Shown: positions 55,261-64,000 of the stretch, one piece after another
Numbering within the stretch: position 1 is the stretch's first letter
Layout of the letters: every line of letters starts with the position of its first letter
NCBI RefSeq assembly: GCF_009914755.1
Contig: NC_060934.1
DNA length: 64,000 nt
Reading direction: 5' to 3' (one strand)
DNA from: the human T2T-CHM13v2.0 reference genome, Homo sapiens
Program-made: the position numbers and the translations under genes
The notes under the pieces: model-generated
Seen by the model: only the letters and a program-made list of their open reading frames with translations
Told to the model about the DNA's origin: nothing
The model's database searches: none

Positions 55261-58200
55261 ACAAACTATGCAATTTTGATCATTCATCCTTGCTGGCCTT
55301 CAGTACCAGCTTCCAGAACATTAAGAATCTGAGCCAGATAATCTCAGGAGTTTATTCCATCTCTAGTATCATTTGTGAATATTGAATAAAAGAGAAAGGA
55401 AGAAAATAAATATTCTAATTGGCCCAACTGATTTATTTGAAACAGGAAGATTTAGCAACTTAGCATTTATTGGTTAACAAACCACAGGTCTTTTTTTCCT
55501 CCACCTGCTTTCTTGCAAAAAAAAAAAAAAAAAAAAAAAAATGCCTGTGCCTGAAGGTTATTTAGAAAAACTCTTGAAAGCTATTAATAGAAAGCAGATT
55601 TAAACTCAGTCTCTAAAAGGCTTAACTTTGTGTACTATAGTTCTGCCTTTGTAGAAAAATAAAAAGCTTTTTTTTAAAAAAAAATAGCATATAGCTCAGA
55701 TTATTAGCTATCTCTTTGTCACAAATGTGCAGCTGGGTTCAGAATTTGCATGTTTCCCAGGCAAAAGAATTCAATAAGTAAGTAAGCGAATCCTGCCATT
55801 TTATTAAATACTTACAGAAAACAAAAGCAAAGCAAGCTTTAACTCAGCCGGAACCAGAACATAATCCCCAGAGCCAATAACACATGTTAAAATTCCAGCA
55901 CCAGAGCCAAATTTGACAAAGGAACACTCACTATCCTACTACTCCTGGGGCAAACTATCCTAATTTTGATTCTCACACTCTTGCATTTTGAGATCCTCCA
56001 AATATGACTGCTCAAAGAAGAAGGAAAGGAATTAAAATGGGGAGAGCTAAGGTTTGAGATTTAAAATGCACTTTCAAGATACGTGATAAATGGGAGGTTC
56101 ATGAAAGTTCCCTTTATAGGTCAGATATCATTTAACTTGTCCAAGTAGTTACGCTTCTATTCAGACATAGGGAGAGAGAGTGTAAATGAATTATCTCCTC
56201 CCCACAGCCTTTCTACAGACCCTTCTCTCTTAATTATACACATCCCTATTGCACAGGTCCTGCCAAGCGCTGGTATCCACAGGGTAGATGTTGAAAAAAG
56301 TTATAATTACTATCTTCAGTCTGCTGCTATTTTACACCCTCAGACTCACGGCAAAAGCTTACAGCAGAAGTTGGCTTAGTGTCCTAATGCAGCAGATTCA
56401 ACTTTTTGACAATCTTTTATTCTCTTCAAAACCTCTTCCTCTCTATAGAATTTCATGTTCCCAAATCTTCAGTGATAATGGTAGCATTCTCAGGGAATGC
56501 CTGGATTGATGATCAGGGAACTCTTTGAGCTAGAAACCAAGACAGGATTTCTATTTTTATTCCTGTTTCAATCCTCATGCCCAGTAAAAATAATGAGATG
56601 TTTCTTTAAATCATTTATTTTATGAAGAGGAGTCAGGATTATCATTCTTTCCACTTCTGCGGCAATTGGGCCAAGAGAACAAAAATATGCAAGGGTTCAG
56701 AATTCAGTCCCCTGAGTTCTAAGGGCTCTGCCCCTGGTTATTTCCATGAGCTTGGGAAAGAGAATTAACCTCTCTGGGAAATCTGGAAAATGAACTGGTG
56801 AAAGTAGATGATTTCTACAACTACTTTCAGGTCTAACATTCCACAACCTTATTTGTGCCAATGCCCCCATTCTACTCTCAGTGCAACTGAACTTACTTGT
56901 CCCTCATTGCAATCTCTAATTTCTTAAGCTCGTCCTAATTTCTTAGCACACCTTTCTTTCTTTTCCTAGCTTTAATTTTCTCTCTATCCGACCAGAAACT
57001 CAGGAGTAAGAAACTTTGCTGACACAAACTGCTATCTTTCTTTTCTCTTTCTTAGCCCCATCTTCTTCTACCAAAGCCATTTGGCAAGGTCTCCAATCTC
57101 AAGACTCCCTCCACATCTATACTCCTATGTCTAAGTTTCTAAGCATGAGTTGGCAACACCTCAAACAACAGATCCTGCTACAAGGCTAGTCTGTACTGAG
57201 TTTATAATTGTTTCCTTTCAGAAGTCTCTTCAAGCCAGGTATGTAAGTTTCCCATGTTGACCCTCATAGCTATTTGAAATTTTTTTTTCTTTGCTAGCAG
57301 ACTCCCTAAAAATATTTCTTTCTCTCCTCTTTCCTCAAGCTCTCTGCCTTCTCTCTCTGCAGATAACTTTATTTTTCATAAAGTGATTATAATAAAACCA
57401 TTTTCACAATGAAAATGTGTAGAATTTAAAATACAGAAGTTCATTTTTAGTTTAATTACATTAACATAAAAAATGATCACAAATCTCCTACAAAAATCAT
57501 GGAGCATTTTTGCATTTCTATATCACTTCCAACTCAGCTTCATTTTGATTTATAAGCTTGACTACACATCTAGCTGTCAAACCAGATGTTGTATGGAAAA
57601 TACCAGCTAAGTCTGATTGAATTTTTCAATTTGCCTCATTTGAAACCCTACAGCAAAACAGAAGTAGTTAAGAACTTCAAAAAGTTTTAGAGTAGAGAAC
57701 TAATTACTAATTACAATGATCTTTTCTCAGATAATATGTAGCATGAAAATACAAGTTAATTATTCACAAATGACTACAAGAGAAAAGAGAGAAAAACAGA
57801 AGACATTTGTTAATTGAATCAAATATTGTGAACATATTCCATCTTTGACATTCTGAAAGATATTGGAAGGTTCATTTAAATTTGCAAGCATCTCTTCATA
57901 GCATAATATTCCAAATTAAAATTTTAAGGGGGAAATACAGAACAGAACAGAATGGCATAGGATCTATGGTGGATAGCAACTTTAGTTTTAATTCCACTTT
58001 GTGACTGCCCTTAGAAAAGGGGGGATGGTAGGGTTAGGAATAGTGACAGTGTTGATAAAGCATAGGAGAAGGAAAGGCTCTGTAGAAATCTTGAGAGTGA
58101 CCCTAAAATGGGAATGGTTCTTAAGTTTTTTTGCTAAGGACTACTAGTTAATCACAAGGGATCCTTTCTGAGAACAATGTTTTTAAATGCATAAATAAAA

Positions 58201-58439
58201 ATATAGGACTATAAATAACTTCAATTAACTTGACATAGTTATCACAATATTAAAAACACAAATTAGTGATACAGTAATAGATATGCTAATTCATAAAATG
58301 TTCAATAGCAAGGTCTTCTAGCAAGTCTAGAAACTGCCATCATTTCAAAAAAAGTTACGAACATAAACATTATCTTTAAAGCTAGCTATAATACCTGTAG
58401 TCTATTATGACAATATTGGTGATTTCTATTGTTTTGTAT

Positions 58440-60200
<1,761 letters not shown>

Positions 60201-60994
60201 GGTTCTTTGGAATCTTATCTTCCAGGAAGTCTAGCACATTTATCCATTGCAGTAAGACTCACACATACTTCTACTTGCCAAAACTATATCATACTCTGTA
60301 AATTAACCAAAATTATTTTAAATGTGATGCTTGAAATAAAACAAAGCTAGTACTTACAGTATTTGCTATAGAAATACTGTAAAAACTAACTAGTGGCTCA
60401 CAACCACATGGGACAGTGCATCCACAAGGAGATGCTTCATTATGCCATGGAAGAGCAAGCACTTTGACACAAACAGACTTTTAGCTTTGAACTCCACCTC
60501 TGCAACTTGTGAGCTGTGTAGCACTGGGAAATTATTTACCTCTATAAGCCTCAGTTATTTGCTTGTAGTATGGAAAATGTGATTATATGATTAATGCATC
60601 TTAAATGAAATTATATGCACAAAGTTCCTGGGCACTTGAAAAAGATGATCCTTTCATCATTCCTCTTGACAACGATTACTTTCCAAGTAGATGTGAGCAA
60701 ATAATAGTGTACTTAAAAATGGTCAAATATAAGAACAGGATTGGAAAGACTGTGATCAGATGAACTGATCACCTGCAGTGGTAGTTTGGGTAGAGAGGTT
60801 TACTGGGTTCACCCTAACCCTGACAGTTCCCACAAAAATGATATTTAGATCCCTTTTCAGGGTAAGGTATAGAGGGCATGTCGAAAACAGGTTCCAAAAT
60901 AGAAGGAGACCAAGACTCTATTCATGAGAAAGAGCAGGGTGAGACATTATCATCTGAAATGGAAGGTGACAAAGCCAAGCAGAATTTGGGCTAG

Positions 60995-61354
<360 letters not shown>

Positions 61355-62459
61355 AGACATCAATTTCTGTCCACAGTAACATCGTAGGAAAAACTTTGTC
61401 ACACTGCTTTGGGATTCAGCACAACATTCTTCTCTTTCCTTAGACATTTAAAGTATGAGGATTCTACATTGAAGAGCAGGTCTTTTTTTTTTTTTTCCGC
61501 ATTTCAATCTAGATGTTTACATTGGTGGGGGAGATACACTTAGAAGCAGTGTGCTTTTTCATAAATCACTCTACCTTGTTTCTCTCATACTTTAAAATTA
61601 CATACATTTTTAAACTGGCACAAAAGTACTGTCTTGGGAGAAGGCAAGAAAATAGATAAAATGTTCATCAGATGATAACAATTGTAAATATTCATAAATT
61701 AGGGACCAGGATTCCTATTTCCTAAGGAATGTGCTCAGCCTGGGAGAAACCTCACTTTAGACCAGTGGGGCTCTTGGGCACTTTCATCATGACATTTAAA
61801 CAATAAATGTATCTGTCAGGTGATGGTGGATTCACTTCGGAGGAACTGACACCTTTGATGACCATCACAGGACTGAGTCACCAATTATACCTACAGCCTG
61901 CACTTGGTTTTCTTCTCTTACAGAATTTCATGATCCCTCCCTAAAACTGATAAGGCAGCATGGAAGTAGGAGGGAAAAGGGAGGAGATAAAGCAGATGAG
62001 AGGCAGACTGCAAACCCATCCAGCTTTGCAAGGACTGAGCTTCATCGCTCACAGAAAAGTCAAGTTCAAGTCACAACTCAAAATTAAACCCTGACTAATG
62101 TAAAAAACCTGTGTTTAGAAACATTTTACACAAAAGTTACATTTTGGAATAATAGAAAATTTAAAGCTATTAAAAAGCAATAAAATAAGATGAATTCTGC
62201 AATAAGATTGCCACGTTCCACTCTTGAATTAAAGCAAACAAGCAAATATTTCCTTCCTAAAACTTCCTGCCTTTATTCTGCTGGCTTCCACTCTGTGAGG
62301 GCCAACTGTGGGTCAAGCCCTGTTCTTTGTCCCATGCCAAAAAGACAGCTGGGAGCCACGGTGGAAGGCAGACAATGCCCTGGATTTAGGTACTAGTCTC
62401 CTCCAGGTTGTGTTTAAAAAGCTGGGTTTTTTTGGGGTTTTTTTGTTTGTTTGTTTTTT

Positions 62460-62798
<339 letters not shown>

Positions 62799-64000
62799 CT
62801 AAATATTTCCCAGGAGGGCAAGACAGTTCCCAAAATGTCTAACGAACTTCCACGTAGAGAAAACGGTTACTGATTGTCCCAAAGCAAAACTGTAGCAAAG
62901 CCTTTCCCTGAATTTTTCTCTCTTCCTTCCATCTTCTTTTATTTCTTTGCTCAGTCAAAGGCCGCATATGTTTCAAAGGATACTTGATATAGGAGGGTAG
63001 AACAGTACTTTCAGCATGCAGATTTTTTTTCTATGTTAAGTGAAAATAATGATTTCATGAAATGTGCCTTCCCATCATTATAAAACAATTTTGAGAGAAA
63101 TCCATCCTCCTTGGCAATTCCAAAGCCTGTTGTTTGCTTTGCAAGCACTATATAAGTCTGGAGAGGGGCCTGAAATTAATATAGCTCAGTACCATAAAGG
63201 CAGTGTATAGAACTGTAGTCAGGACTTAAGATTTGAGTCTTTTGCTTCCTTCACTTTGACATATTACTTGAGAGGCCTGTACCTCAGTTTCCTAATTTGT
63301 AAAATTGGGATAACAATAGTTATTATTTTATAGTGCCATTTTGAAAAATAGTGAAGCTTCTGACAGAAGACCTCAATAAATGTTACATATTTTAACCATC
63401 AGCATTAATAAACGAAAACAATTTTCCCTATTTTTGGTCAGAATTTAGGAAAAATAAGTTCCTTTTAAATTATGTGTAGACAATTAAATTAATCTTTTAA
63501 GTAAAAAAGTCTTATTCTCATTTTTGATGTACAGAATTTTAGCATCATCTAACTAATCCTAAAAGACTTTGTATAATGAAATGAAAAATTAATTTATTTG
63601 ATGTCATTACTTTTTAAAATAACCAAATGTCATATATTTATCATTTTAAAGAATTAATATGCAGCTGGGTTAACTCGGCTATGTAATATATTTTTTTTTC
63701 AGGATATACCTTTCAGATTATTCAAAGAAATAGCTAAAAATGAGCTATCAGATTCAAAGAAGCTTTTTAACATAGCCAACTGTAGGTCAGTTTTAGTGTT
63801 AAAAATTTAATAGATCATACACCTAATTTACGGCGAGGGGGAAGCAGTGGCTACATTTAACCAAAATAAGATGTTCTTCTACAAACATTAACATAAGAAT
63901 AAAAACCACAAGTTTTGGGGTGATCACTGATAGGCAAACCATATTTAGAACTTAGCAGGGTTCTAAATCTGTAAGAAGAAAATAAATATGGAAAAAAACA

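Noticed and set aside
63703-63720. Known LRRTM3 last exon (long isoform)
   Set aside because: Only a superficial 'IP' similarity; the downstream peptide does not match the long C-terminus as I recall it, and that exon should lie far beyond this window.

Overview
Mammalian (human-like primate) genomic DNA, AT-rich and repeat-rich. The only real protein-coding gene is LRRTM3 on the + strand. Exon 1 is 5'UTR plus ATGG (ATG at 23806), followed by a 333-bp intron and a large exon 2 (24143-25674/25680). Exon 2 encodes a signal peptide, LRRNT, about 10 LRRs, LRRCT, a TM helix and a cytoplasmic tail. The tail either reads through the donor to end ...RECEV* (513 aa) or splices onward into intron 2. 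From established knowledge, the whole window should lie inside a large intron of CTNNA3 on the - strand; no CTNNA3 exon was seen. The rest is nested L1s, 11 Alus (many with visible TSDs), a full-length Tigger1 with an internal 69-bp duplication, Tigger2a/3a, MLT LTRs, L2/MIR and microsatellites. Most notable signals: (1) a heavily decayed Ty3/Gypsy pol fossil at about 5.0-5.85 kb with a still-readable HHCC zinc finger and D,D(35)E integrase triad; (2) candidate alternative terminal micro-exons in LRRTM3 intron 2 that would swap the PDZ-binding tail (best: RECE-SKSQYSDCV* at 53901); (3) an intronic element at about 38.85 kb sharing three 10-14-mers with the LRRTM3 promoter; (4) a uORF-dense, structured 5'UTR. 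Repeat subfamily calls are from memory of consensus sequences, not from a search.
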